Below are positions 1 to 10,933 of a stretch of DNA of 64,000 nucleotides, piece by piece (position 1 is the stretch's first letter; each line of letters starts with the position of its first letter). The stretch is from Aureliella sp. (GTDB lineage Bacteria; Planctomycetota; Planctomycetia; Pirellulales; Pirellulaceae). Location: contig OY829846.1 of NCBI GenBank assembly GCA_963691875.1, positions 320,001 through 384,000 of the forward strand, read 5' to 3'. The translations under genes were made by a program, and so were the position numbers. A model generated the notes under the pieces. The model saw only the letters and a program-made list of their open reading frames with translations. It did no database searches and was not told the DNA's origin.

Positions 1-1439
1 GGGGACACAACGAAGGCGACGAGCCAAGGTTCACTCAGCCTCAGATGTACAAGGCTGTGGATGCACACCAGAGCGTCCGTGAGAGCTACCTCAGGCGCCT
101 CTTTAAGATGGGAGGCATCACTCGTCAGGAAGCTGATGCAATTGCTGAAGTGCGACAAGCGAAGCTGGAACGCGAATTCGAGCTGGCCCAGCAAGAGGAG
201 TATGTCGACGACTTGCAGACTATGGGCGGTAACTGGAGTGGCTTCTATGGTGGACCAGAGCCCGAAGACGACGATCCGCAGACGGCAGTGTCAAGAGAAG
301 AGTGCTCGGCGATTCTCCGGACGCTATCGAAAGTCCCTGATGACTTTAACCTGCACCGCAAATTGAAGAGATTCATGTCGCTTCGAGCCGAAATGGCAGA
401 GGGCTCACGCCCCCTCGACTGGGCCTCAGCGGAAGCACTCGCAATGGGAAGTTTGCTATCCTCGGGGCATCCCGTTCGGCTGAGTGGACAAGACTGTGAA
501 CGTGGTACCTTCAGTCAGCGACACGCGGTATTGCACGATACGGAGAACGCCGACAAGACTCACACTCCATTGAATCTATTCGCCGAGGAAACACGGCTTG
601 ACATCATCAATAGTCCGCTCTGCGAAGCCGGCGTGCTCGGTTTTGAGTATGGCTACTCCCTGGACTGTCCTGAAGGTTTGGTCGTCTGGGAAGCGCAGTT
701 CGGTGACTTCTGGAATGTTGCCCAAGTGATCGTCGATCAGTTTATAACTTCGGCCGAGGATAAGTGGGGACGACTCAGCCACATCACTTTGCTCCTGCCG
801 CATGGTTTCGAAGGTGCGGGGCCAGAGCATTGTAGCGCCAGATTGGAACGATTCCTGCTACTGACAGCCGAAGACAATATTCAAGTCACACAGCCATCAA
901 CTCCAGCTCAGTACTTCCACATGCTGCGTCGCCAAGCGATTCGTCGTTGGAGCAAGCCACTGATCTGTCTGTCGCCAAAGAGTTTGTTGCGACATCCAGC
1001 GGTCGTCTCGCCGCTTGAAGACTTTTCATCGGGCTCTTTCCAGAAGATCCTCCCGGATGTGCGTGAGTCTCAAGCAGGGACAAAGCGTGTCCTGCTTTGC
1101 AGCGGAAAAGTTTACTACGAACTGGCCGAACGCCGAGACAAACTTGGTGCCGACGTCGCGATCGTGCGAATCGAACAATACTATCCGCTGAGCGAAGCAG
1201 AGCTGCTCGATGCATTGAAACCCTACGAAGCCGGTACCGATCTGTGCTGGATTCAGGAAGAACCGACAAATATGGGAGCATGGAGCTTCTTGAAGGTTCG
1301 CTTCGGTGACTTCTTGGGTGACAAAGGATTCAAGTTGCGGCGAATTTCGCGTGTTGAATCCGCGAGTCCTTCGACTGGCTCAGCAAGTGCTCATAAACTG
1401 GAGCAAGATGATTTGCTCGATGAAGCGTTTGCAGAATAA
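1..1439 (+). CDS. sucA: 2-oxoglutarate dehydrogenase E1 component, 5'-truncated by the window edge
   Basis: Frame is open from position 3 ([16 protein letters not shown]). Contains [47 protein letters not shown] and [12 protein letters not shown]. Followed by an E2 gene. Confidence 0.97.
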   Translation, partial: GHNEGDEPRFTQPQMYKAVDAHQSVRESYLRRLFKMGGITRQEADAIAEVRQAKLEREFELAQQEEYVDDLQTMGGNWSGFYGGPEPEDDDPQTAVSREECSAILRTLSKVPDDFNLHRKLKRFMSLRAEMAEGSRPLDWASAEALAMGSLLSSGHPVRLSGQDCERGTFSQRHAVLHDTENADKTHTPLNLFAEETRLDIINSPLCEAGVLGFEYGYSLDCPEGLVVWEAQFGDFWNVAQVIVDQFITSAEDKWGRLSHITLLLPHGFEGAGPEHCSARLERFLLLTAEDNIQVTQPSTPAQYFHMLRRQAIRRWSKPLICLSPKSLLRHPAVVSPLEDFSSGSFQKILPDVRESQAGTKRVLLCSGKVYYELAERRDKLGADVAIVRIEQYYPLSEAELLDALKPYEAGTDLCWIQEEPTNMGAWSFLKVRFGDFLGDKGFKLRRISRVESASPSTGSASAHKLEQDDLLDEAFAE

Positions 1440-1501
1440 CGTTACCGAATTGCCGCCACTCTCAATCAATAATCAATCAAAAAACACAGAAACGTCTTGA
1501 G

Positions 1502-2719
1502 ATGATCGAAGTCAAAGTACCTTCCGTAGGAGAATCCATTTCCGAAGTCCAGATCGGGCAATGGTTGAAGGCGGAAGGCGAGTGGGTGGCGGCTGACGAA
1601 AACTTAGTCGATTTGGAGACCGAGAAAGCTTCGGTGCAAGTTCCTTCTCCGGCATCTGGTTACGTACGAAACGTGCTGAAGCAGACCGAGGACTTCGCGA
1701 TGGTGGACGAAGTCATCTGCAGCATCGAGCCAGCAGAAGCTCCAGCCGGAGGGACTTCGACTGACGCACCGATGCAGCCAGCTGCTCTAAGCTCGGAGAC
1801 CGGGCAGGGGCATGTGATGCCGGCGGCTCAACGGATCTTGGAGGAGAACGGAATCGCTGCTTCGAGTGTGAAGGGCTCAGGTCCAGACGGGCGAATTCTG
1901 AAGGAAGATGCGATGGCTGCCGTCGCGAGTAAGAGCCGTCCAGCGTCTGTCCAATCACCCACGAAGCCGCCTGTGCTGGAAACCAGTCTGACCGAGGTAG
2001 AGTCTAATACGGGCGGATCGAGGCGGGAGGAAGTCAAGCCGCTGAGCATGATTCGCCGAACCATTGCAAAGCGTTTGGTGGAGGCTCAGCAAAATGCAGC
2101 CTTGTTGACTACCTTCAACGAAGTCAACATGAAACCGATCATGTCCTTGCGAAAGAAGTATAAAGATGCATTTCTTGATCGACATGGTGTCAAGTTGGGC
2201 TTCATGTCTTTCTTTGCCAAGGCGAGCGTAGAAGCCTTGAGGCGATTTCCCTCGGTCAACGCTGAGATTCGCGGAAACAATATCGTCTATCGGCACTTCA
2301 ACGATATTGGCATCGCCATCGGCGGCGGCAAGGGTCTCGTCGTTCCTGTGCTGCGCAACGTTGAGGATATGACATTCGCGGATGTGGAGCGAACGATTGG
2401 CGATTTCGCTTCGAAAGCGATGGACAATCGCCTGATGCCCGAGGATCTGGAAGGCGGGACTTTTACGATCAGTAACGGGGGAGTTTACGGTTCGCTGCTT
2501 AGCACGCCGATCGTAAATGCGCCTCAAAGTGCGATTCTGGGGCTACATTCCATTCAAGAACGGCCGATGGCGGTGAACGGGGAGGTAGTTGTTCTTCCAA
2601 TGATGTACGTTGCCCTTAGTTATGATCATCGTATCATTGATGGCCGCGAAGCCGTAAGCTTCCTGAAGACCATCAAGGAAGTTTGCGAAGACCCAACTCG
2701 ATTGTTCCTGGAAGTCTGA
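1502..2719 (+). CDS. sucB: 2-oxoglutarate dehydrogenase E2, dihydrolipoyllysine succinyltransferase
   Basis: Lipoyl domain ([12 protein letters not shown]), E3-binding domain ([12 protein letters not shown]), catalytic YDHRIIDG; directly after sucA. Confidence 0.97.
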   Translation: MIEVKVPSVGESISEVQIGQWLKAEGEWVAADENLVDLETEKASVQVPSPASGYVRNVLKQTEDFAMVDEVICSIEPAEAPAGGTSTDAPMQPAALSSETGQGHVMPAAQRILEENGIAASSVKGSGPDGRILKEDAMAAVASKSRPASVQSPTKPPVLETSLTEVESNTGGSRREEVKPLSMIRRTIAKRLVEAQQNAALLTTFNEVNMKPIMSLRKKYKDAFLDRHGVKLGFMSFFAKASVEALRRFPSVNAEIRGNNIVYRHFNDIGIAIGGGKGLVVPVLRNVEDMTFADVERTIGDFASKAMDNRLMPEDLEGGTFTISNGGVYGSLLSTPIVNAPQSAILGLHSIQERPMAVNGEVVVLPMMYVALSYDHRIIDGREAVSFLKTIKEVCEDPTRLFLEV

Positions 2720-3046
2720 TTCTTCATTCGGGCTGTAGTGTCTCCATTCTTCTTAGCCACGTTACATCCGCGTCGCGAGGTCGAGAGGGTGATCTTGCTG
2801 AGGAGATGTCAACGAAACTTCCAATTGTCCCTGCGTTGGCGGGCTGTTGTCTAATTGCGTCTTGCCGTGGGCAGAACCATAACATCGGACCAATTGAATT
2901 GATTCTACGCGCGCTCCGGGAACCGAATTCCTGTGCCGTGTAGGGGTAGTGCAGCGGTCGCTCTACAATCCTTCTTGATTTCTTGGTAAATTGATGTCCT
3001 TGGAATCGAGTTGTGCTGGATTGTAAAACTTCGCAGCAGAGAACCG

Positions 3047-5677
3047 ATGGATCGAGATCCTCCTAGAAAGACGACCTGTTTCGAGAGTACGGGGCTATTG
3101 AGAAGACCTAGCGCCAAGTGCTGCCTTCTACTCTGCTCGCTCCAACTCTTCTTTTTCACGCCATCACTCTCGCGTGCGCAAAACGCATTGGAACTTTCTG
3201 TCCCAGCGGAATTGAGTCAGCATCTGCCGGAGAAAGAATCGCATCTCGATGATAAGCAGCATGCGATTCTTGCCTCAGAGATTGCGGCGGCAAAGCAGCT
3301 GTTGTCTGAAATCGATGCGTCGGAAGCTGAGGAGCTTAGCCGGAAAATAGTTGATGCGTTCGATATTTCTGCTCCTCCTCAACTGGCGTTGCAAGCGTGC
3401 GTTGTGCTAGGTCGCTTAGCAGTTCGTATCGATGACTTTGGTGCAGCAATGTACTACTTTTCACAAGCTAACAAATTGGAGAAGCAGTCTGGTGGCGGCC
3501 ATCAAACAAGTGGCTTGTACGCCGAGCTGGGCGAAAAGCTACAGAGAATGGGGTACTGCCGCCCTGCCTTGCGTTGCTACAAAGAGGCTCAAGAGAATTC
3601 CAGCTCATCGGATTTGTGTGAGCGATGTGTGGTCAACCAAGCATTCTTGCACTTAGAATTAGGTGAGCTAGAGGAAGCCACTTCTATTGCCAGAAGACTC
3701 GCGGTTAGCGTCGATGGGAACGGCAATGCGGAGCGATTGCTAGTCACTAGTGCAATCAAGCTTTTCAATGGTCATGCAGACGAAGTTGTTGCCAACCTTG
3801 GGGTATCGTCGCAATCGGCGAAAAAGAAGATCTGTGAGTTGCACCGAGATTATCACTGGTTGTTGTGCAATGCTCATCTGGCTCTGAACCAAGTTGAGGA
3901 AGCTGTGTACCATGCGGAGGCACTGGACCAAGAGAATGAATCTCTCTTTTGTGGCGGGCCTGCAAAACTTCTGAAAGCGAAATCGCTCCTGCAAGTCGAG
4001 CGTACGGACGAAGCGCTGAAAACACTCGAGGCGATTCAGGAAGGACCATTTCATTTGGTTTCTTCCGTTGCTGCAGACAAATTGATGGCAGGGATACTTC
4101 GTGAAGAGGGGCGATTCGAAGAAGCCTCGGAGTTACTCGAAAGGGCCTTGGAAAACTCCGCTAGCCATCACGGAGAGCTGTTTGCCATCGAAGCCAAGGT
4201 TTCACAAGGGGGAATCTTGTTACGCTCAGAAATGCAAAGGCAACAAAGGCTTCATAATAAGATTCGTGAGGAGAACGAAACGCTTGCCCATGAGAATGAC
4301 ATGGCTTGGCGCGCGTTCGGAATTGCAATCGGATTTGTATTTGTCGTCGCCGCGGGAATCTGTTTTCAAATGACCGTCAGTGAGCTTCGCAAGGAGAAGC
4401 GACTCAAGAATGTGCAGCAGAGGCACAACAGCGCGCTGGTCCAAGTTGTAAATCAGACCAGTGAAGCACTGTCCCGGGAGGTTACGGAACGGGTTGAGTT
4501 GGAGAAGTCTCTTGAGAGAAAACGGCGCGACGAGGCAATCGGCAAGCTGACCGGAAATGTAGCACACGATTTCAATAACTTGTTGCAAGTAATTATCAGC
4601 ACCAACGAACACTTGCGATCCAAAGCGTTGGCGTACACGGAAATCGATCGTGAGTTGATTGCAACTTCAACTAAGAGTGCTCAGATCGGAGCCTCAATTG
4701 TCAGACAGTTACTTGCTTATGCTCGGCAGCAGGTGCTGGCACCGCAGTCGATTCCCTTGGATCGATATTTTGAGGGTACCAGTGACTTGCTCAAGGCAGC
4801 AGTCACACGTCCAAGCGTGTTGGAGGTTGATAATAGTTGTGGCGAACTGCGTATCAAGGTGGATCCTACGCAACTGACAACCTCTCTAATCAACTTACTT
4901 ACAAATGCACTAGATGCGATGCCCGACGGAGGAAAAATTCGGCTTGCAGCGCGGCCGTTTGGATCTAATCCTGAAGATATGAATGAATGGAACCCGGAGA
5001 GTTTTCATGATCATTTGTTGATTGAGGTGATTGACGAAGGAAAAGGACTAACGGCCGAGGAGAAGAAACATGTGTTTGAGCCGTTTTATTCTACGAAGCC
5101 AACAGCGACTGGAACGGGATTAGGGCTAAGTTCGGTGCTAGGATTTGTTCAGCAGTCAGGTGGAGACATTAAAATCTTCGATAACCTTGACTCTGGCCTA
5201 CGAGTTGCGATGGTCTTTCCAACCTCTGAGGAGCCCTCGGTATTTGCAGATGAAGCGGTAGGGGGATTCGCTCCAGTTGGCGGAAGAGTTCTGATCGTCG
5301 AAGACAACAGCAGCGTGGCTTATTCTGTTCGCAACGACCTGGAGCAACTCGGTTTTGAGACACACTGGGTCGATAATGGCCGGGAAGCCATTGAGCTTTT
5401 TATCGACGGATGTGTATTTGATGCGGTCGTCTCCGACGTTCGGATGCCCGGTGACGTGAGCGGTATCGAACTGCGTGATTGGACTCGACAAAACTACCCT
5501 GAAACCGGCTTCGTTTTGATGAGTGGATACAGCTATGTGGATACGAACCCTGAGAGATCATCATTTTTACAGAAGCCTTTTACTCCGACTGAGCTTTTGC
5601 AGGCAATTTGCTCCGAATTGCAAGAACGGCGCACATCCAAGGGGAATGAGATCGAGCGTCTAGTAATGAAGAAGTAG
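3047..5677 (+). CDS. Membrane hybrid sensor histidine kinase/response regulator with a TPR-like extracytoplasmic region (start uncertain)
   Basis: H-box AHDFNNLL, N-box NLLTNALDAM, DEGKGL, FEPFYSTK, GTGLGL; receiver domain VLIVED...SDVRMPG...LQKPF; hydrophobic N-terminus and one TM segment (AFGIAIGFVFVVAAGICF). Confidence 0.9.
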   Translation: MDRDPPRKTTCFESTGLLRRPSAKCCLLLCSLQLFFFTPSLSRAQNALELSVPAELSQHLPEKESHLDDKQHAILASEIAAAKQLLSEIDASEAEELSRKIVDAFDISAPPQLALQACVVLGRLAVRIDDFGAAMYYFSQANKLEKQSGGGHQTSGLYAELGEKLQRMGYCRPALRCYKEAQENSSSSDLCERCVVNQAFLHLELGELEEATSIARRLAVSVDGNGNAERLLVTSAIKLFNGHADEVVANLGVSSQSAKKKICELHRDYHWLLCNAHLALNQVEEAVYHAEALDQENESLFCGGPAKLLKAKSLLQVERTDEALKTLEAIQEGPFHLVSSVAADKLMAGILREEGRFEEASELLERALENSASHHGELFAIEAKVSQGGILLRSEMQRQQRLHNKIREENETLAHENDMAWRAFGIAIGFVFVVAAGICFQMTVSELRKEKRLKNVQQRHNSALVQVVNQTSEALSREVTERVELEKSLERKRRDEAIGKLTGNVAHDFNNLLQVIISTNEHLRSKALAYTEIDRELIATSTKSAQIGASIVRQLLAYARQQVLAPQSIPLDRYFEGTSDLLKAAVTRPSVLEVDNSCGELRIKVDPTQLTTSLINLLTNALDAMPDGGKIRLAARPFGSNPEDMNEWNPESFHDHLLIEVIDEGKGLTAEEKKHVFEPFYSTKPTATGTGLGLSSVLGFVQQSGGDIKIFDNLDSGLRVAMVFPTSEEPSVFADEAVGGFAPVGGRVLIVEDNSSVAYSVRNDLEQLGFETHWVDNGREAIELFIDGCVFDAVVSDVRMPGDVSGIELRDWTRQNYPETGFVLMSGYSYVDTNPERSSFLQKPFTPTELLQAICSELQERRTSKGNEIERLVMKK

Positions 5678-5863
5678 GTTTAAGGCTATATGATCGTGTA
5701 TACGGCTGCCTTATTCGGGGCCCTGCACCGACTTTGTTCAGAGCCTTGTGCTTACGGAACTTTGATATTCTTGGCAGCCGCCTCACACGGCTTCCTTTGG
5801 ATGCTCAATTTTCGGTATTGTAAAGATTTAGAATCAACAGCTTTTGAGATCAAAGGAAGATCC

Positions 5864-5998
5864 ATGGACAATTCCACGCCCGAAGGTGAACGTAAACGTC
5901 TGCCGCCAGAAGTCGCCAAAGAGCTGATTGATATGATCGAGTCAGTTGAGAAAGAAGAGGCAGAGCAAGTAGGTACCAGCGAAGATTCGCAGGATTAG
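5864..5998 (+). CDS. Possible small acidic hypothetical protein (44 aa)
   Basis: ATG preceded by AAAGGAAG; MDNSTPEGERKRLPPEVAKELIDMIESVEKEE; no recognisable domain. Confidence 0.35.
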   Translation: MDNSTPEGERKRLPPEVAKELIDMIESVEKEEAEQVGTSEDSQD

Positions 5999-6028
5999 GC
6001 TTGCGGCTGCAGAGCGCAGTGTAAGGCT

Positions 6029-7765
6029 TTACTGCTTGAGTTCATGTCGCAGTGAGTCGTAGAGCTGTACGATCTCATTGATTTCGGGCTCGAGTAGTTG
6101 TTCTCCGCTATTGACGACTAACATGAGTTGCACGCTGGTATTGTCGGTGCTTCTCACATCACCACGTAACAAGTCGAAGATCGTCTTACGTTGATAGGCA
6201 GTTTCAAAAGCGAAGCTGCCACCTTGGAAGTTTGGCACGACATCTACTGCTTCCAGTTGTTCATTTAGCATTGAGTTGAAAATGTAGACAAAGGCGCCGA
6301 GGTCGGTTTGAAGGCTAGCTCCGAAGATTCCCCAGTTGCGGTTGCCAAACTGTTCAATGCGAAGCTTCAGCATCGGAGTCCAACCACGCTGAACGAGTTC
6401 TGTGGTTGGGTCGTGCCAGCCCTGAAAACTGTGTTTAAGGCTAAGCGTTAAACTTCTTTGTCCCTTCTGAATAGCCCAGGATTTTGATCCTCCAGCAGGG
6501 CCATTTCGGTCTATTGGTCTGATCGATGCCTCGTCTAGCTGGGGAGGCAGTACGAATTCGTCGAGCATCGTGGCGGTTTCGGCGGAGATAATTCTGTTAG
6601 CGAATGCTGGGCGAACCCCTCCCTGAATCAAGACGATTGTTGGAAGTAGCCCAAGTGTAAGAATGACAATTGAGCAAATTCGAATGGAGAGATTAGGGAT
6701 GCGACTCTCGAACCAAAATGACCTTGGCAAAGCTTCCAGTGCTTGTTTCTGCTGCAGAATTTGAGCTTCCAGTACCTCACGATCCTCAATGTCTGCAGGG
6801 AGTTGAGTCGGTGGTGCTGCGGGCCAAGAAAAGACGGCGTTGATCAAACCAAAGACCGGACGGAAATCTGTGCTCTTTTGCTCTACCGATTCAAACGTCC
6901 CGTGCAGTACGACACTGGCAAGCCAAGCAGCAAGAACCGTCGCTAAGAAGCAGAAGCCGTAGAGGAAAAGATATCTAGTGCCGAAAGTAAGATCTTGTTT
7001 GAGGTACGTGCTGGACAATGCGACGCACATGAGAAGACCGTAGTGCCCGATGGTCATCCACAATGGGCAAAGCAACGTTGTTAGAACACCTGTTAGACAG
7101 GACCGTTGCTGATAGACGACAGTGAAGGCGATGATACTCGTGAGAAAGAAAAGGCCTCCCCAGCCCCCGCAGAGTGTTTGTCCAATGAGTAGCTGGTCGA
7201 CGAGTTCAATGTTGCTGCCCAATAGAATATTGGGAATGCCCAACGCGTCCAAGGAAGCAGAACAGGTGTTTGCAGCAACAGCGATCAACCATCGAGATAT
7301 GTATGTGCACCATAAATCCGGAAGTATCACGATGGTTATCGGTACTGCAAGCCATGAAATGGAACTTGCCCAATGGAGCCTTGCAAAATACTGGATGGAC
7401 CAAGCGGCAAGCACCAGCAGCGCGCATATAGAAGCAAGCCACGGCAAAAAGTAGCTGACAGAAATGAAAGAGAGCGTTGTAGCAAAGATAGTAAGCCCTG
7501 TCGAAAGTAGCACTCGGCTTACCAGGACTCTTTCAGCACTGTCCTTCCTTTCTTTCCGTTGCCTCAGCAACAGCGTCAAGGCAAGGGGAATGGAAAGCAC
7601 AGCGTAGAAGGTGAACGGATTCTTGAGCCACTCTGCCAGTCGGAATACCAGCAGAGGGCTTAGTCCAAGCAACGGCATGACTAGCAGCCAAAGGCTCGTG
7701 CGCCAACGAACTCGACCTGTGGCGGGACTGTCTGGCTCTTGATCGGGGCTCTTTGCTTCTTCCAT
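6029..7765 (-). CDS. Exosortase-family (XrtU-like) polytopic membrane protein with an EpsI-like C-terminal domain; catalytic residues look degenerate
   Basis: Multiple TM helices; ASLDALGIPNILLGSNIEL...LCGG resembles the exosortase LD.LG....GN.I.L....ACSG block; C-terminal GWHDPTTELVQRGW resembles the H.P..CY...GW motif. Confidence 0.7.
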   Translation of the reverse strand: MEEAKSPDQEPDSPATGRVRWRTSLWLLVMPLLGLSPLLVFRLAEWLKNPFTFYAVLSIPLALTLLLRQRKERKDSAERVLVSRVLLSTGLTIFATTLSFISVSYFLPWLASICALLVLAAWSIQYFARLHWASSISWLAVPITIVILPDLWCTYISRWLIAVAANTCSASLDALGIPNILLGSNIELVDQLLIGQTLCGGWGGLFFLTSIIAFTVVYQQRSCLTGVLTTLLCPLWMTIGHYGLLMCVALSSTYLKQDLTFGTRYLFLYGFCFLATVLAAWLASVVLHGTFESVEQKSTDFRPVFGLINAVFSWPAAPPTQLPADIEDREVLEAQILQQKQALEALPRSFWFESRIPNLSIRICSIVILTLGLLPTIVLIQGGVRPAFANRIISAETATMLDEFVLPPQLDEASIRPIDRNGPAGGSKSWAIQKGQRSLTLSLKHSFQGWHDPTTELVQRGWTPMLKLRIEQFGNRNWGIFGASLQTDLGAFVYIFNSMLNEQLEAVDVVPNFQGGSFAFETAYQRKTIFDLLRGDVRSTDNTSVQLMLVVNSGEQLLEPEINEIVQLYDSLRHELKQ

Positions 7766-8066
7766 CGTGAAACGAATGCCAACCTCAAGGTTGATGGAAA
7801 TCAGGAAAAAGGGAAGACGGAAGGTCGAGCGTAGAGTGCTCGACTTCTGACGCTATCGGACAGCGCACGCTATGGCGGGGAAGCGAAATTGAGTTAATTT
7901 TGCTATTTTTTTAAAAGACGCCGGGTTCTCCGTGGATATGCGGGTCACGCACCCCAAGCTCCGTCGGCCGCAGAACAAGCAAGCATCGAACGCTGTCATC
8001 GGCTATGTTGTGCAATGCGTTTTCAATCTCCTCCAATTCTGTCTCGACCCCAAGGCCAGTATCAAC

Positions 8067-9527
8067 ATGAGCAAGATCCAAATCGCGTACCTTTTTCCGA
8101 TTTTGGTCGCTTCATCAAGTCTAGGGCTGGGCCAAATTCCGCATTTTGGAAATGCGATGCGAAACGGCTGGGCAACTCAGGATTCGATAGTTATCTGGAC
8201 CAGGACTACCGCTCAGGCGGAGATGACACGCGGCCCGGATTTTGTGTCTGTCTCGAAAGGCCTAGCGTCGCAGCTACTTTCTTCTGGAGAAGTCGATCGA
8301 CTCTTGACATCACAAATGCCAACAGGGACAGAGCTGGAGCAAATGCTGGGCTCCTTGCCTGGCCTGCCCGCGGAAGTGAGACTTATCTACAGCCCTGTTG
8401 ATAATCCTGAGAAGCAAAAATCGACTGCTTGGAAAAAGACCAGCGCGGACCAGGATTGTACGGCTCAATGGAAGCTGACCGAGCTTTTGCCCGGCACAAA
8501 GTACTCCGTAACAGCAGAAGCTCGCGTTCCAGGCAACGAACAGATCTCACAGTGTGAAGGGAAGTTCCAGACCGCGCCGGCAGCTGACGAAACTGCTGAC
8601 CTGAAGTTCTGCGTGACGACCTGTCATGATTTTTTGAGGCGAGATGATGGCGAGAAAGGGCACAAAATCTATCCCTCGATGTCGAGTTTTGAGCCGGATT
8701 TTGTCGTGCATGCTGGCGATATTGAATACTACGACAAGGAGAAGCCTTATGCGTGGACGAAGGAGCTAATGCGTTTCAAATGGGCAAGACTGTTTTCCAT
8801 GCCGCGGAATCGCGACTTTTACGCAAAGCACAGCAGCTACTTCATCAAAGACGATCATGACACATTGAAGAACGATAGCTGGCCGGGACAAAGTTATGGA
8901 ATCGTTACTTTTCAAGAGGGTGTTCGACTGTTTAATGACGAGCAATTTCCAACTCGCGATCCACGTTACGATTCCATTCGCTGGGGAAAAGACCTTGAGA
9001 TCTGGGTGTTGGAAGGACGGGACTTCCGAAGTGCCAATACGATGAAGGATGGCCCAGACAAAACAATTCTCGGCGCCGAGCAAAAGCAATGGCTGAAGGA
9101 TTCGCTTCGTCAATCAGATGCAACCTTTAAGTTGGTATTCAGCCCTACACCGATCGTTGGTCCTGATCGGGCGAATAAGAAGGATAATCACGCCAATAAG
9201 ATCTTCGCATATGAGGGCGAAGAGTTGCGAGAGTTCTTCTCGACCGTCGATGGCTTAATTTTGTTCTGTGGCGACCGGCACTGGCAATATGCCTCTGTGG
9301 ACGCTGAATATGGCATTTGGGAGTTTGGCTGTGGACCGGGCAGTGAGAAGCACCAGTTGGGCTGGAAGAAGGGAGATGTCCGACCAGTTCACCGCTTTCT
9401 CCGCGTCGCGGGAGGGTATCTGTCCGGAGAACTGAATTATCTTGACTCGAAGCCGATTCTGAAGCTGAAACACCGAGACGTTTATGGTGTCGAGAAAAGC
9501 AGCTTCACCTTCCCGACGATTAAGTGA
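8067..9527 (+). CDS. PhoD-family alkaline phosphatase/phosphodiesterase, secreted
   Basis: Signal peptide from M at 8067; IVIWTRT, HAGDIEYYD, KDDHD, LEGRDFRS, ILGAEQKQWL and CGDRHWQY motifs. Confidence 0.88.
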   Translation: MSKIQIAYLFPILVASSSLGLGQIPHFGNAMRNGWATQDSIVIWTRTTAQAEMTRGPDFVSVSKGLASQLLSSGEVDRLLTSQMPTGTELEQMLGSLPGLPAEVRLIYSPVDNPEKQKSTAWKKTSADQDCTAQWKLTELLPGTKYSVTAEARVPGNEQISQCEGKFQTAPAADETADLKFCVTTCHDFLRRDDGEKGHKIYPSMSSFEPDFVVHAGDIEYYDKEKPYAWTKELMRFKWARLFSMPRNRDFYAKHSSYFIKDDHDTLKNDSWPGQSYGIVTFQEGVRLFNDEQFPTRDPRYDSIRWGKDLEIWVLEGRDFRSANTMKDGPDKTILGAEQKQWLKDSLRQSDATFKLVFSPTPIVGPDRANKKDNHANKIFAYEGEELREFFSTVDGLILFCGDRHWQYASVDAEYGIWEFGCGPGSEKHQLGWKKGDVRPVHRFLRVAGGYLSGELNYLDSKPILKLKHRDVYGVEKSSFTFPTIK

Positions 9528-9569
9528 GCATGACGTGGCCTTGCTGCATATCGTTCTTCGACTGGATGA

Positions 9570-10931
9570 TTACTCTGCAGAATCACGCGAGGAATCAAAG
9601 TCGTGAGGACTTGGTGGCGGTGTGCTCGCGGAGGAATCATCCAATTTCTCTGCGAGTTCAGCTAAGTGTTCAGGTTCTAGTCCATGCTCCAAGTAATCGG
9701 CTTCGCGATCAGCCTGAGAGACGTCTGCCTCAGCCTCTTCTACCATGTAGAGTTCTAGCAAACGGTGCTCGCGAACGGAGTTGAGGGCGCGAAGAATCCC
9801 TCGTGGCGTTAACTGCAGTCGATCCTCATCATCAAATACAACTAGGCCTGACACTGCCATTCGTTGGGCAAGTTGCCGGACCTTGGCTTCATGCCAGCCT
9901 CTTTGTCGGGCGACTTCTTGCAAGGTCACCGCAAGAGTAGATCTTAGCTCACCAGTCACTTTGTCTGGTAACGCGTGACGCACTTCCAGTAGTTCGTAAA
10001 TGCTTCGCAAGACATGCAGGAAGTCGTGATCCCGGCGCATCTGCCAAACTCGCAGGGTCCGCCATAGCGTGCCACGCTTAATTCCAAATACAAAGCTAAT
10101 CATAAAAAAGCTGCAGGCAGTCAATACGATGGTGGCACCACTTGGAAGTTTGTCATAAGAGGCACTTAGCAGTGTGCCGGCAGCGCAGCTTGCCGCTCCG
10201 AAGGTTGAACTGATGGCGAGCATTATTGAAAGTTGATTCGTCCAGAATCTCGCACTTGCCGCGGGAATCACCAGCAAAGCGATGATAAGGATCATGCCAA
10301 CGGCTTGAAGTCCGATCATCGTCACGACAACGACCATGGTTATCAACAACGCGTCGAGGAGAAGCACCGGGAAGCCTTGGCTGGCCGCCAACTCGGCATC
10401 GAAGCAAAGTAGTTTCAATTCCTTGACAAAAAGCAGTAACATCGAGACGACGATGATACCAGCGATGGCGGCCGACCAGACATCATCGCTACCGATCGAC
10501 GCTGCCTTACCATAGATAAAGCTGTCTAAGCCCGAGGAATTGCCGCTCTGCTCTTGCACTATTTTTCTGAAGGCAATTCCAGCACCAAAGAACACACTCA
10601 GCACTATCCCGAGTGCAGCGTCCTCGCGAATGTTTAGCCAATGTCGAAAGGCCAAAACTGTTGCGCCACCGAGTCCGCCGCTGATGGCTGCACCGAGAAA
10701 CAGCGTTGGAAGCGACTTCTCCATGTTGTTGAGTGCCAACCAGAGGAATGCGATCGCTACACCGGGCAAAGTTGCGTGAGCAATTGCGTCGCCAATGAGT
10801 GCTCGACGCCGCAACAAAAGAAATACACCTAGCATTCCGGATGTGAAGCCGATCAGAATGGTGCCCAGCAGTACAACCGAGGTGTTGTAGTTCAGGCCCA
10901 GGGATGTCCAGAACGCGGCTACAGGTAGCAT
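9570..10931 (-). CDS. Mn/Zn ABC transporter permease fused to a C-terminal DtxR/MntR-like domain
   Basis: ABC-3 permease motif RRRALIGDAIAHATLPG and ALLVIPAASAR; C-terminal LTPRG...VREHRLLELYM...ADREADYLEH matches the DtxR HTH/dimerisation region. Confidence 0.9.
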   Translation of the reverse strand: MLPVAAFWTSLGLNYNTSVVLLGTILIGFTSGMLGVFLLLRRRALIGDAIAHATLPGVAIAFLWLALNNMEKSLPTLFLGAAISGGLGGATVLAFRHWLNIREDAALGIVLSVFFGAGIAFRKIVQEQSGNSSGLDSFIYGKAASIGSDDVWSAAIAGIIVVSMLLLFVKELKLLCFDAELAASQGFPVLLLDALLITMVVVVTMIGLQAVGMILIIALLVIPAASARFWTNQLSIMLAISSTFGAASCAAGTLLSASYDKLPSGATIVLTACSFFMISFVFGIKRGTLWRTLRVWQMRRDHDFLHVLRSIYELLEVRHALPDKVTGELRSTLAVTLQEVARQRGWHEAKVRQLAQRMAVSGLVVFDDEDRLQLTPRGILRALNSVREHRLLELYMVEEAEADVSQADREADYLEHGLEPEHLAELAEKLDDSSASTPPPSPHDFDSSRDSAE

Positions 10932-10933
10932 CT

